The notes under the pieces are model-generated. The model ran no database searches. It had not been told where the DNA came from and was given only the letters and a program-made list of their open reading frames with translations. Positions 14,277-27,477 of a stretch of 64,000 bases of DNA are shown here, piece after piece (positions within the stretch are counted from its first letter, which is position 1; each line of letters opens with the position of its first letter). Location: NCBI GenBank assembly GCA_951406725.2, contig OX597819.1, positions 106,702,001 to 106,766,000 of the forward strand. The letters run 5' to 3'. The translations under genes and the position numbers were made by a program. This DNA is from Octopus vulgaris. Lineage: Eukaryota.

Positions 14277-15145
14277 CAGGGTGGGTGAAAAGTAAGTAGG
14301 CATTAAAATCAATAATAAATCCATATTCCTTTTACAAATTTATTGAAACAAATTATACAAGTTCTTTTTTACACAGAAAATGAAAGTAAATCTTCATATT
14401 TCATCGTAGGCATCAGTGGCGTCAACCAGTTTCCTCAAACGCCCAGGAAATGAGCAGCCTTCTGAAGGAAGTCATCTGGGATATCATTGAGAACCTCCTA
14501 CATCCGTGTCTCCAAGTCTTCCAGTGTGCGAGATTTTGTCTTGTACACTTCATTGTACACAGGTAAAATTCACATGGAGTGAGATCTGAATTTCTTGGAG
14601 GCCATTCCATATTACATTTTGCTTTGACAGTCTTCAGGTTGTAGCTCCTGCATGTAATGGGGTTTCGACAGACGAAAATTGAATTCTTTATACAAAACCA
14701 TGCGTATTGTGTGTCTTGATAGTCCACCTTCACGAACTGCTTGATTTTTGCGGGCTGCCATTAAACATTTCATGCACTGTTGCCACATTCTCCGCTGATC
14801 AGGATGTGGTTGGATGGTCACTTCATGCATCTTTCACAGAGCCGATGGTCATCAGCTTTGCATGACTATATTTTATTTTCTCCGGACGTAGTGCTGCATG
14901 CTTACCTTTCTATGCACGCCACCATCTCTGAACCAAAACAATGGAATTCAACACTGCATAGCGTGCTGCTATCTAAGCTCACTTGTGAACAATTAAGCGA
15001 CCGGCCATCTGGAAAATAAGAAATAAAATAATAAAAAATATAACTAAAACCCATGTCAGTTTAAAAAATGGTTTCGTCATGACTTCAGTAATACTAAAAA
15101 TTCTATAAGTAATCTTTAATGCCTAGTTACTTTCTACCCACCCTT
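14277..15145 (-). mobile_element. Internally deleted Tc1/mariner transposon
   Basis: TIRs CAGGGTGGGT.AAAAGTAA.TAGGCATTAAA at both ends with TA flanks; minus-strand fragments LSRHTIRMVLYKEFNFRLSKPHYMQEL and WPPRNSDLTPCEFYL. Confidence 0.9.
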
Positions 15146-15244
15146 TATATATATACACACACACACACGCACACACATACATATACACATTTACACTTAC
15201 TCAAAACACACGTATATATATCCATATAGCTAGCTAGTTAGATG

Positions 15245-15303
<59 letters not shown>

Positions 15304-15320
15304 CAATCGATAGACAGATT

Positions 15321-15356
<36 letters not shown>

Positions 15357-18300
15357 TAGGTAGCTAGGTAAGTTGAGGTTTTCACGTGACCAGCCAGTGT
15401 GTAACTTGCACTGTAAAGAATGTGCTAATCCATATGTCCAGGCAACATTTTTATAGTAGTTCCTTTTAATATTATATAGATATATCTTTCTTGCGGTATC
15501 GGTTTTGTTTTGTCATACGTTAGAGCTTAGATACAATGGATCAGGTTTTGAATTGTTGGCGATTTCAAAGGTGAACCACCTGATCAATATTTTCATGTGT
15601 GTTTTCATATTTCAAGTCCCAATTATATTTGGCCATTGCTATGAAGTCACTTTCCAGTGAGGTCACAAGAAGTATTGTTATTTGAACCACACAGAGATCG
15701 AGGTTCAGATCTGTTTTTGATTGTCTGAGTTTCTTTGGCATTCGTGTTTCTATTTATATAATTTCTTCTATTAATCTTTGACATTATATTGGCAAGATTC
15801 TCAATGCCACAATAATTAACGTTTACTGAACTTGTATAAAGCGTTTGTGATATCAGTGAGTGCTAGTGAAATATATATTGCTGTACTGAACTGAGAACTT
15901 GATTTGTTTTTGCTTTTTTTTCTAGAAATGACATTTATATTGAATGGTGAATAAACCTGTTAAATTTCCTTTTCCTAAGTGTATTGCCATGCTTGTTACT
16001 GGTGGGTTTTTTTTACGAATTTTATTGTATTGCATTTTGTCTTTAAACTCACGTTTTACTGAAGCGCTATTGTAGGAATAAAAGCAGTATAAGCTTTTTT
16101 GAAAATCGTCACCAAACGAGTTGTAGTGAACCCGTCTACTGATGTTGCTGACTATGCAGTAATTACATAGAAGTATATTTATATACATAAGCTTTCCATT
16201 GTGCTTTTTGTATGACAGATATTTTTCTCCCTTCACGTTATAGAGATGTCCTGAAAAATAATACTGCGCTTTTTAGATGATAATCTTTAAAGGTTCATAT
16301 TAATTCCTTTCTAAATTTATTTGAGACAGTTTTATTTTAGAGACTGCACGTAGAATAAAAATATTATGTATTTTTTTGAGTTTCTGTATTTCAAGGTGGA
16401 CTCGTCCATTTGTCTTCTCTGCTTTCGGTGAAATAAATAACAGACGTCGTATAATTAAGACGTTTCCTTGGTTAGTTTTGTCATCTTGCACCGATGGGAT
16501 AATCAGTCTTCGAAGACTCATCATATGCCTCTTCATTAAAGTCATAAATGCCTTAAATACCGTATTTGACACTTCATGGGAAGATGTGAATATGAATAAG
16601 TCTTCCACGCATTCATCTGTCTAAGATCCATATGCGGCAAGCGATGAAAACCCTGTGCTCTGAACGTCCCATCTAAATAAGTACCCATAAACGTGACTGC
16701 TGGATCTCATTGATAGTACTGAAAACAGTATAACTATATTGCATGTTACAATAAATGTTCTTAACTATGAAGAACATGGTTTGATCGATGTTAGATTGGA
16801 TGAATCCGACCCTCATGCTAACATCTCATCAGCTAATACCTGCTGGAAACGTGAGACTTACCGATTTCGACACATCTCATAGAACACTGGTATGGATTTA
16901 TGCTTGCTTAACACATGGATGTTCAAGCAAAATTAGATCAAATGCGTCAAAATAATATTTTTGTGTCCGGCATAGTGTATCACTGAACATGATACAGTGA
17001 GGTCTCTCTTTCAAAAACGGTAAGCAACAATTAAATAGAACTGCTTTTGACTTTGTAGCAAATGTATCCATCAATATGCAGCTCATGTTTGAGTGATGAC
17101 AGTTTTATATAGCTGAGATAACCGATATGCATCAAATGTTACATATAGTTACAGGATGATATTAGCTCATCATCGCAAGTCATATGAATACTCATTGAAT
17201 TTCCAGTAGAGCCTGGTTCTTCTTTCTGTTCGGGAAGGCATTAAAGTTTGGAGTGTTGAAAATATTTACATCGAGCTCCGAAAAACGTCGTTAAAGTGTG
17301 CCTTTGTGGACCAATATATATATATATAGCAGAGTTTGTGTGTGTGTGCATGTGCGTATGTTCCTTATGAATTCGAAAACTTAGTTGCCGATATTGACGT
17401 ATGGAGTATCAAAAGATTCAGTAATCTTTCGGTTACCAAATAAACTTTATTTTCATTTATGTATTTGCATTACAAAATTTTAACATTATAATCTTTCTAC
17501 AAGTCAACTACCGTAAATGATATTTTATACCACGACGACGACGACGTCACATTTTCTATATGAGTGTGAATGTATCTGGCAGTGTATATGTGTGTGTTTG
17601 CGAATTCGTTACGTACGTCAGGTCGATGACGTAGAAGCATATATGTATGTGTGTATATGACGGTGCATGTTTCTCACAGTATACATTTTTGTGATGACTA
17701 AGACACACACACACAGAAGCACACATACATATATATATAGACAGATACAGACAAACAAAGAGACAGAGATAGGCTTGAGATATGCGTGAATGTATGGCTC
17801 TGTGTGTCTGTCTTAGTATATGCATGTGACTGTACCGCCCAACAGTGAAACGCGCCGACTTTGAAAGACTTGCAGTCTGGACATTGAACGATCAACAGTG
17901 TTCGGCTTGTAGTACCACTATTTGAATTTTCCTTTTCATCATGGAGAGTTGCAGCTTAAACAACATTAAAGATTATGACTACTTATGCGCTGAAATATTT
18001 CGCAACACTCACAAGTATATCTGAAAAAAAATGTTTTTGGCTTATTTTAACAAATTCAGAAACTTGGGAAACTAGATAGCCTTAGCAGCTCTTTCAGTAT
18101 AATTATAGAAATATTATTCCAGTCCTTATAACCAGTTTCAAGATAATGCTTTTTTAACAGTCCTAGCGTCTATATCGTATTCCTGCTATGCTGCTTTGTC
18201 AGTGTGAATATTTTAAGGCCACAAACGTTTTACTGCGATACTCAGTATATATTTTACAGCCTATAATCTTACACAGTTAAAATATATAGTAAATGATGTC

Positions 18301-19174
18301 AAATTAATTTATGCCTTGCTATATAAATCCTACAGCAAATATTTTAAATTAATTAACGTTCACAACACCAACATATTCCTTTGTACACACTTTGTTCAGC
18401 GTTCACATCTCATAGAACACTGACATGGATTTATGCTTGTTTAACGCAGCGTAAAAATTGTAAAATAATAAAATACGTTTGTATGAAAAATTGAATTTTC
18501 TTTGAGTTTGACTTTCTTCACCGTGACATTCAATCCCTGAATTTCATAGCATTTAGTACATGTGCCAAATATATGCTAACTTTCTGTACTCTCTTACATT
18601 GGTGAAGAATAGCAATTTTTGCTAAATTGGTGACTTTTCAATGTTGGAATATTTCTTCTGGAGATATTCCATAAAAAATGTTTTATAGCATAACTATGCT
18701 ACAGAAAGAATGTTTTGCTCCTATATTGGCTACATTTCGTTTCGCTTGAACTTTGCGTGTGTACGTTTTACTGTCTTTAATATTATCAATTCTATGAGTG
18801 TCTATGTGTCTTTGAGTGCCTGTGTGTTTCCGCGTAACGAAAGCCGAAACGCACACTTTAATAAGCGACACTAAACGACATTTTAAGCTGTTTAAATGCG
18901 CCCACATCTAATGAAGTAGACAGCTTAATGGTAGGTGATCCCATGAAAATCGTGATATTCTCATTCGTGCTCGAGATAACAAACTTAAACATATTTCAGA
19001 TATTCATCTCTCTTAAAATGCTCTCCAGTATACTCTTATTCGATGGAATTATTTTAACTGTGGGATGAAGTTAAAATAATAGACAGAGAGCACAACTGGA
19101 AAATATGAAAACTGAAAGAAATAGCACATATGATAGGACACAACAACCTCCTAAGCAGACCGAGTGCAAATATG

Positions 19175-19248
<74 letters not shown>

Positions 19249-19300
19249 CAACATCGAAAAATACCTTAGGAATGAGAACCCAGGTTCGAAATTTACCCAA

Positions 19301-19346
19301 GACACATGATGAAGACTGGAGGGTATATCAGCCGAAACGTTGTGTT
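19301..19346 (+). ncRNA. Minimal hammerhead motif with a mutated core (C3A)
   Basis: GACAC-aTGATGA-a-GACTG(loop)CAGCC-GAAA-CG-TT-GTGTT, in a short repeat just after an (AAT)n tract. Confidence 0.6.
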
Positions 19347-19466
19347 AACAAACAAGATGAGGACAAATATCCGTAAAATGTAAATATTGTAAATAATGTT
19401 TATATTTATTGTTTATTAATATGAATAAGAACAGCAGTAATGAGGGCAACAGCGTATCTCAAGAAG

Positions 19467-20073
19467 AGTAAAGCGAGTAGCCACGTCAAAGTGGCAGATG
19501 AATGTTACTACTAGTTTAACCCCAGGCAGATTTTCTGTCAGCTGGTTTTCGGTGCAAGCTCCGCACCCTTTATGTACAATACACCGCTAGCAGGGGTAGC
19601 GAATCCCTACTATCTGACAGGATCGGGAGACCGGCCGGGTTCGAGCTATTTGGTTCATGACAGCCGGGCACAGTGGAGTGATAGCTAACATCAGCTTCTG
19701 CTTGTGATATACTGTAAACAAAGTGACAATCTGTCACTGATTTGCAAGACGCAAAATAGCCAGTTATAATATCCCAAGAAGAGATAGAGTAGTAGTAACG
19801 TACACTATACAGTAAAGCGAGTAGCCACATCAATGTGCCAAATGAATGTTACTACTGGGTTAACCCCAGGCATACTCCCCGCCAGCTCCTGAAATCTCGG
19901 CCGCTCCCGAAATCCTGTCAGCTGTCGGAGGATAGTAGGGGTTCGTTCCTCCTGCTAGCTATATATTGTACATAAAGAGTGCAGAGATTGCACCGAAAAC
20001 AAGTTTGCGGAGAATCCGCCTACGGTTAAACTAGTTGTACCATTCATCTGCCACTTTGATGCGCCTACTCGCT

Positions 20074-20078
<5 letters not shown>
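19467..20078. mobile_element. MITE-like element with ~180-bp TIRs plus extra terminal fragments
   Basis: AGT(A/G)AAGCGAGTAG...AAAGTGGCAGATGAATG at 19467 is inverted at ~19900-20078; further terminus copies at 19811-19887 and 20601-20721. Confidence 0.75.
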
Positions 20079-20137
<59 letters not shown>

Positions 20138-20205
20138 TATATATACACATGTATATATATATATATTTTTTTTTCTCTCCTTCTTTCTGTGTTTTTCTCT
20201 GTGTA

Positions 20206-20243
20206 TCTTTCTGTTGAAGAGCGTAGGCTCGAAACGTTAAAGA
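20206..20243 (+). ncRNA. Minimal hammerhead motif, CUGUUGA core variant
   Basis: TCTTT-CTGTTGA-a-GAGC(gtag)GCTC-GAAA-CG-TT-AAAGA within a ~200-bp element between (TA)n tracts. Confidence 0.65.
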
Positions 20244-20369
20244 CTTGTTTTATTTATATTTCCTGAGCGCCATACTAATACAATTGTTTGTTTGTATTCC
20301 ACCTGCCTTCGTCTTTTGTTTATTTCCGTAAACCTGCCTTCGTCTTTTGTCTATTTTCATAAAGCTTCC

Positions 20370-20411
<42 letters not shown>

Positions 20412-20518
20412 AAAGTAAATAATTTCTTCGATGGTTTTTCAAAAAACCAACAATTATTTACTGGTAGATTTCGACATGTAAATATAACCATTAACGGCAG
20501 GAACTTCTGTAAAGTTCA

Positions 20519-20601
<83 letters not shown>

Positions 20602-20735
20602 GTGAAGCGAGTAGGCGCATCAAAGTGGCAGATGAATGGTACTACTAGTTTAACCTTAGGTGGATTCTCCGCCAGCTGGTTTTCGGTGCAAGCTCTGCAC
20701 TTTTTATGTACAATATATAGCTATATATATATATG

Positions 20736-20767
<32 letters not shown>

Positions 20768-20917
20768 ACGTATTGGAATCTTACATATATACCATTGTGC
20801 ATAAAAATATAGATCTACAAATTCAATATCCCCACATATCTCACCTCTATTTTCTTTCTTCCATCTCTCTTTCTATTCTGTATCCTATCTACTATTACTT
20901 AACTATCCTCTCACACC

Positions 20918-20968
20918 GTCTCCGATGAAGGGATATAACTAATAAATATCCTGGCAATAGCTCTAAGA
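20918..20968 (+). ncRNA. Degenerate hammerhead relic
   Basis: CCGATGA-a-GGGATAT(loop)ATATCCT, then a decayed GAAA and stem III, after a pyrimidine-rich PLE-like tract. Confidence 0.35.
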
Positions 20969-21035
20969 ACTATCAATAAATGTTGTAATATCTACACAGC
21001 CATGGATTTTTTTATCTCATTCCGCAAAAAATTCT

Positions 21036-21076
<41 letters not shown>

Positions 21077-21085
<9 letters not shown>

Positions 21086-21142
21086 ATATATGCATACATA
21101 CATACATATATGTACGTACCTACATCTACATGTATATATACA

Positions 21143-21196
<54 letters not shown>

Positions 21197-21968
21197 TACA
21201 GGACACCACAAATAGACGTAGAACTCAACGAGAAACGAAAACATAAAAACATAGAAACGGACTTTTTTTAACAACGAAAAAACAGAGTACGAGACAAACA
21301 AGACAAGGAACATTCCCCTTCATCAGCTGTCCCCGGTTCGACTCCATGCGTGTTTCGAAGGTAAGGACAGAACACGACACCGGACCGGTCCTTCCTGCAA
21401 AGGAATTAATTAAAATTCCCTTGCAGAGGGGTAAAAACAAGGAAAGAAAAAATGTGAGAAGAACAGGACGAAAAAGCAATACAAATAAAAATATAAATAC
21501 AAAATAAAAATCCAAATACAAAAAAATACAGTACACATAAAGAACAAAAACAGGACAAAGAAACTAACATTGAGGGCCTTTTTTAAGCCTAGAGGATGGA
21601 AAAATTCAGAGCAGAAGGAAAAAAGTCGTGTTGACTTGTAGAAGGCTGGAGTGAAAGGAAGTTGGTCGACTCGACAGTGAGAGAGGTGAGGAGGAGTGAG
21701 AGAGACAGAGATATAGAGAGGAAAGGAAACCAGAATGGGTGAAAAATAAGAAAGAGAGAGACAGGCAAAGAGGAAGACAGACAGGAAGGAAGGAAAAGTC
21801 AAGCAAAGGGTTACAGAGTTTCGCGTCATAATTATATATAAAAACTTACTTGGAGAAAAGAAAAGAAACGAAACGACGCGAGGGCGCTCGGTCATACAAT
21901 AATTTAATAAATAAAATATATGCATACATACATATATGTACGTACCTACATCTACATGTATATATACA

Positions 21969-22026
<58 letters not shown>

Positions 22027-22519
22027 TACAGGGCACCACAAATAGACGTAGAACTCAACGAGAAACGAAAACATAAAAACATGGCAACGGACTTTTTTAA
22101 CAACGAAAAAACAGAGCACGAGACAAACAACACAAGGAACATTCCCCTTCATCAGCTGTCCCCGGTTCGACTCCATGCGTGTTTCGAAGGTAAGGACAGA
22201 ACACGACACCTTCCTGCAAAGGAATTAAATATAATTCCTTTGCAGAGGGGTAAAAACAAGGAAAGAAAAACATATGACAAGAACAGGACGTAAAACAATA
22301 AAAATACAAATAAAAATACAAATACAAAATAAAAATACAAATACAAAATAATACAGTACACAGAAAGAACAAAAACAGGACAAAGAAACCAACATTAAGG
22401 GCCCCTTTTTTAAGCTTAGACGATGGAAAAATTCAGAGCGCAAGGAAAAATGTCGTGTTGACTTGTAGAAGGCTGGAGTGAAAGGAAGTTGGTCGACTCG
22501 GCAGTAAGAGAGATGAGGA

Positions 22520-22555
<36 letters not shown>

Positions 22556-23029
22556 GGAAACCAGACAGGCTGAAAAATAAGGAGAGAGACAGGCAAAGAG
22601 GAAGACAGATAGGAAGGAAGGAAAGGTCAAGCAAAGGGTTACAGAGTTTCGCGTCATAATTACATATAAAAACTTACTTGGAGAAATGAAAAGAAACGAA
22701 ACGACGCGAGGTCGCTCAGTCATACAATAATTTAATAAATAAAATATATGCATACATACATATATGTACGTACCTACATCTACATGTATATATACATGAA
22801 TATATATATATATATGAGTACAGGGCACCACAAATAGACGTAGAACTCAACGAGAAACGAAAACATAAAAACATGGAAACGGACTTTTTTTAACAACGAA
22901 AAAACAGACCACGAGACAAACAACACAAGGAACATTCCCCTTCATCAGCTGTCCCCGGTTCGATTCCATGCGTGTTTCGAAGGTAAGGACAGAACACGTA
23001 CCTACATCTACATGTATATATACATGCAT
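21077..23029 (-). repeat. Tandem array of a ~790-830-bp unit (~2.4 copies), PLE pseudo-LTR-like
   Basis: GAGTACAGG.CACCACAAATAGACG at 21194, 22024 and 22816; internal (TA)n/(GA)n vary; minus strand encodes FHPLGLK, resembling a PLE endonuclease C-terminus. Confidence 0.9.
21315..21376 (-). ncRNA. Hammerhead-like motif with reordered strands, copy 1 (also 22144-22205 and 22937-22998)
   Basis: Minus strand: CGUG-UU-CUGUCCUU-A-CCUUC-GAAA-CACG-(14 nt)-GGGGACAG-CUGAUGA-A-GGGG. Confidence 0.5.
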
Positions 23030-23119
23030 GAAGTTGAGGAGAAATCTCGTGCGCCGTGTTAAAATAATACTTTTTTTGTGGTGTGTGTTCATTCAGTTCA
23101 TGTCATGTTCAATGGTAAC

Positions 23120-23353
23120 TCACTGTTGAAAAGTATCCAAGACTTGTTCGTCGCAAACAACGCTTTGTTTCAACAAGACAATGCAAAACCGCATACCTCC
23201 AGAAAAACTAGCAAGAAGATTGAAGAAATAGACGGTGTGTAAGTTCTACCGCATCCAGCCCATATTCCAGATGTTGCTCCATCTGATCGCGATCTCTTCC
23301 GATCAATACAGCACTTTATAAAAGGACGCCGATTTGAGTCATTCGATGAAGTG
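23120..23353 (+). pseudogene. mariner (DD34D-type) transposase fragment
   Basis: LFQQDNAKPHTSRKT...V*VLPHPAHIPDVAPSD.DLFRSIQHFIKGRRFESFDEV, with an in-frame stop. Confidence 0.9.
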
Positions 23354-24693
23354 TGTGTGTGTGAGTGTGAGTGTTCTTGGATAAAGACAGAGTACTCCTC
23401 ATAGAATACTTGTGAAAGAGTCGTACCATCAACGCAGAATACTAAATGTCTTTGTTGGACGAACCGCGTGAGGCTTTTAAGCAGAAATGCCGAAGAAACC
23501 TGAGCTGTGGCGTCTTACTCCCATGACTAGACATTCTTTTTCTTTATATTTTACCCAATATATAGAAAAAGACTGTCTACCCTTGTATATTTTCAAGTAT
23601 ATTTCATACAATACGTCTTCACTCTATTCCGCGTACTGAGATCTATATTGCAATATGTATTATATATTCTACCTTATATTTATGGCTAGGCCAATTAAAA
23701 CAGCAAATTCAAAATAAGGAGTCCTAGTGTCAGAACATTTAATTTATATCTGTGAGTCCGATACAATATATATGTTGTCGGCCATACAAATGTAATGTAT
23801 AAACAGAGAGAGAGAGAGAGAGAGAGAAACAGAAGTAGAAAGGGGCAGAGTAAGTGAGTGAGTATGTGAGTGAGGAAAGGAGCTACATTATTTTACTCTT
23901 CATTATTGAATGCGTCATTTTCGAAAAAGGTATCGTGATGACTGAGTGAGATTTAGCTGCTAATTCTGAGAGTCCTGCACACATATGCACTGGTGTTTTT
24001 ATGAGTTACCAAATAATTGTTTCAGTGGTATGCTTGTGATTTGTGTCTTGAATAGTAATATTCAGAATTCAGTGAGGATAGCTACCAATGCGACAAATCC
24101 TTGGTACATTTCATCTCATTTGCATCTTAAGCAAATTGATAAAGCAAATTCCTCGGTTAAACTACGCTTAACATTTGCATATATCTGAGTTTGTGCGTAA
24201 TAAAAATGATATAAATGTTAATATATAAATTTCTAAAACATTCGAAGTTACCACTTTGAAGTTAAAAAAGACAACATCGAACGTGTATCTCATCTCATAA
24301 AATGATATATATTTCCATAGCGAAGAAAAATCAATAAAAAAACTATCGTATAAGACAAGGTTTTAAAGGAAATCTGGATATAAAGACAAAATGTATTTTG
24401 TAGACATAATATATTAAGCTCTTCATTATTTCTCATGTTTTATTACCTCCCTCAAAGGACCATGTAACGCTTAATGCATGTGTATAAATTTATGACTATC
24501 AAAAGTTATCAATGAAGATAATCTTTGTTAAGAAACATATATTAGTAACTTTCTGCTATATTCAACTTAAGCGTTTAATTCATTTTACAAGAAATATCTT
24601 AAGACACAGGGGGAAATATATGTCTGAAGGAATTTCATTATGCATTATTTACACACTTTCATTTATTTATATAATTGGTTGTTAGCTTACATG

Positions 24694-24742
<49 letters not shown>

Positions 24743-24809
24743 TGGAACATATGAGAGAATAAATGAAAAAATATATATGTATGTATATATGTATATATAT
24801 ATATATATA

Positions 24810-24855
<46 letters not shown>

Positions 24856-24857
24856 AA

Positions 24858-26129
24858 CGAGGTGATATGAAAAAGTTACAGGACCAGTTATGTTTAATAA
24901 CAATAATTTATTTACTCTAGTTTTCTCAAGATCTTCTTAGAAATAGTCACCTTGCGCAGCAATACACTGGTCCCGATGTTTCTGTCACTTTTAGAATCGA
25001 ACCGTCAGTCGAGGACCTTCTGTGCCTCGCTCTGGATCTTCACAACTGTGTCAAAACGGCGACCTTTGAGCTGCAATTTCATATTGAGTAAGGGATGGAA
25101 GTTCGCAGTGGTGAATATAGCGAGTGGAGAAACAATACTATGTTTTTGGCGAGAAATTCAGATATGAGGAGAGCTCGGTGACAGGATGCATTATCCTCGT
25201 AAAGAATCTATTTCTTCACGCTCTGGAGATCAGGTCGCTTTCGCCAAATGTCCACTCTCAAACGCTTCAAAATGTTGCAGTAGAACTCTCCATTGACGAT
25301 TTGACCCTGAATGACGAATTCTCGATGCGCAATACCGCAGATGTCTAAACAAACGATGGGCATGCTTTTGACTGAACTGCAGTTCTGTCGTGTCTTCCTG
25401 AAGATGAAGGCATCTACCACTGTGACGACTGCTGCTTCGCCTCAGGGTCGTACCCTTAGACCCAACTCTCATCACCAGTGATGATCCTCGACATGATGGA
25501 TAGGTCATCGGCGGAACGCTGATGGAAAGTTTAACAGACTTCGATGCGATGTAATTTTCGCTCAGTAGTCAGCGGGCGGGGGACAAACTAGGCAGAGACA
25601 CGCTGCTTGTTCAATTCAGACATTAGGATTGCCATCACGGAGACATACGACTGGCCAACAACATTAGCAATATCGATGATTATCCTCCGGCGATCACCAT
25701 GCAAAAGCTGATGAATTTTCTCAACATTCTCAGAGGTGACGCTCGTGGTTGGTCTTCCAAATCGCTCTACGTCTTCCAGGGACAACCTTCCGCTTTTGAA
25801 AGCACCCGTGCCACTCGCGTCATTGCATCCGACCCATTGCCTCTTCGCCGTAAGTCGGCCGAAGCATGCTCAATACCTTTGTTGCAGACATTCCAAGTTT
25901 AACACAAAATTATATGTTCGGTCGTTGTTCCTGTCTATGACAATATCGCATACACGTAATCACAAAAACACAAATTTCACAACATGCGAAGTGAAGACTA
26001 CTGTGGTACTCGGCACACTGCTTTATGAAGGTCACTACTAGCTCTCAATGCGTACGTAGTTGAGTGCTGTCATCTGTTGGCGCGCTGTAGAACTAGTCAC
26101 TAGTTTGGGAACGTTTTGATACCACCTTG
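24858..26129 (-). mobile_element. Near full-length decayed mariner transposon
   Basis: Degenerate TIRs C(G/A)AGGTG.TAT.AAAA.GTT.C...AC.AGT; minus-strand fragments SLEDVERFGRP, ITGDESWV, GQIVNGEFYCNILKRLR..IWRKRPD, DNASCH. Confidence 0.9.
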
Positions 26130-26164
26130 AACATCATATATATATATATATATATATTATATGT

Positions 26165-26378
26165 ATGTATAGTTAATCCAAACATGAACAAGAGAAAATA
26201 CAACAAGGAGAGGACGTGGAATAAGGATAGTGTTATTGGACGCTCTGAAAAGGAAAGGAAAAAGGAGGACTTCACGTTTCGAGCGGAGCTCTTCGTCAGA
26301 AATAGAGAAAAAAAAAGAAAAAAAGTTCAAAGAAAGCAAGAGGGAGAAAGAAAATCGCCAACTATACATACGGGGTCA
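26165..26378 (-). mobile_element. Short HHR-bearing repeat, family A
   Basis: Minus strand 26269-26303: ATTT-CTGACGA-a-GAGC(tcc)GCTC-GAAA-CG-TG-AAGT; ends TTTGGATTAACTATA. Confidence 0.8.
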
Positions 26379-26878
26379 CATATTGAAATGACCGGAAGAG
26401 AATGGGTGAAGAAAGAGTTCTTTTAAAGACAGGAGAGTGCAAGAGAAGGAGGTATGTGTGTGTAGTGTGTGTGCGTGTATGTATATATAGTGTGCGTGTG
26501 TTTTGTTTGCAGTGTGTGTGTATGTATGTATATGTGTGTCCATGTGTGTATGTGTGTGTGGAGTAATTGTACTTTACCCTGTGTATGTGTGCGCGTGTGC
26601 GAGTATCTGCGTTTGTGTGTGTGTACAGTTATGCATAATTGTGTTCGTGTATATATGAGTGGGTGCTCTGTGTGTATTGGAGGTAGGTGTGGTTCATTTA
26701 CGTGTGTGTGTGCGTATGTGTATGTGTGTGCCTGTGAATATGCATTTGTGTGCATGTGAGTGTATGTGCGTGTGTACATGTGTGTGAGTGCATGTGCATG
26801 TGTGTGTGAACGAGGGATTGTGTAGGGGATATAGGTGCGTTTTTTGCATGTGCGTGTGTGTGTGCGTGTACTTCTGTA

Positions 26879-26928
<50 letters not shown>

Positions 26929-26929
26929 A

Positions 26930-27105
26930 CTTTCTATTTTTTATATTTCAATTGTTTCTTGTCATTGGACTGCGGCTATGCTGAGTCACCATACACAAGA
27001 GGTTTTACTTAATTGAGTGACTTATTTTTCAAACCTGATAAATTATCGCTAAGTTCTTGGGGCGTAAATTCACCAACATCGGTTATCAAGCAGGTTATCA
27101 AACAC
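26930..27105 (-). mobile_element. Partial decayed SINE (family of 42618-43091)
   Basis: GTCATT.GACTGCGGC.ATGC...CGCTAAGT...CACCA.CATCGGTT.TCAAGC shared with 34335-34440. Confidence 0.6.
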
Positions 27106-27149
27106 AGTCGCGCACACACATACACCTCCGTATATATATATATATATAT

Positions 27150-27477
27150 TATATTAAATTAGAGACAAAACCACTATTAGGCAAATCATACAATGAAAAA
27201 CTTAAGCCAATACATAAGATTATTTAATTTATATTATTTAAATATATAACAAAACGATCGTAGTGATATATTAATTATATCTTTTTAATAATTTTGTTAT
27301 ATATTTAAATAATATAAATTAAATATTCTTACGTATTGACTTAAGTTTTTCATTGTATGATTTGCCTAATAGTGGTTTTGTCTCTATTTAATATAATATA
27401 ATATTTTACTATAAAATTGGATTCCATCCTAAATCTGATTTTTCCCTGTAAGTTTGGATTTATTCCCTAATATTTAT

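Noticed and set aside
16300-17090. Possible host exons (AG at ~16673 and GTAAGT at ~16861 on minus; short ORFs)
   Set aside because: The frames I tested hit stops quickly or give no recognisable protein; cannot be supported without transcripts.
21077-23029. CRISPR-like array or protein-coding repeat
   Set aside because: Units are ~800 bp, fully homologous with no unique spacers; the ORFs are microsatellite-driven.
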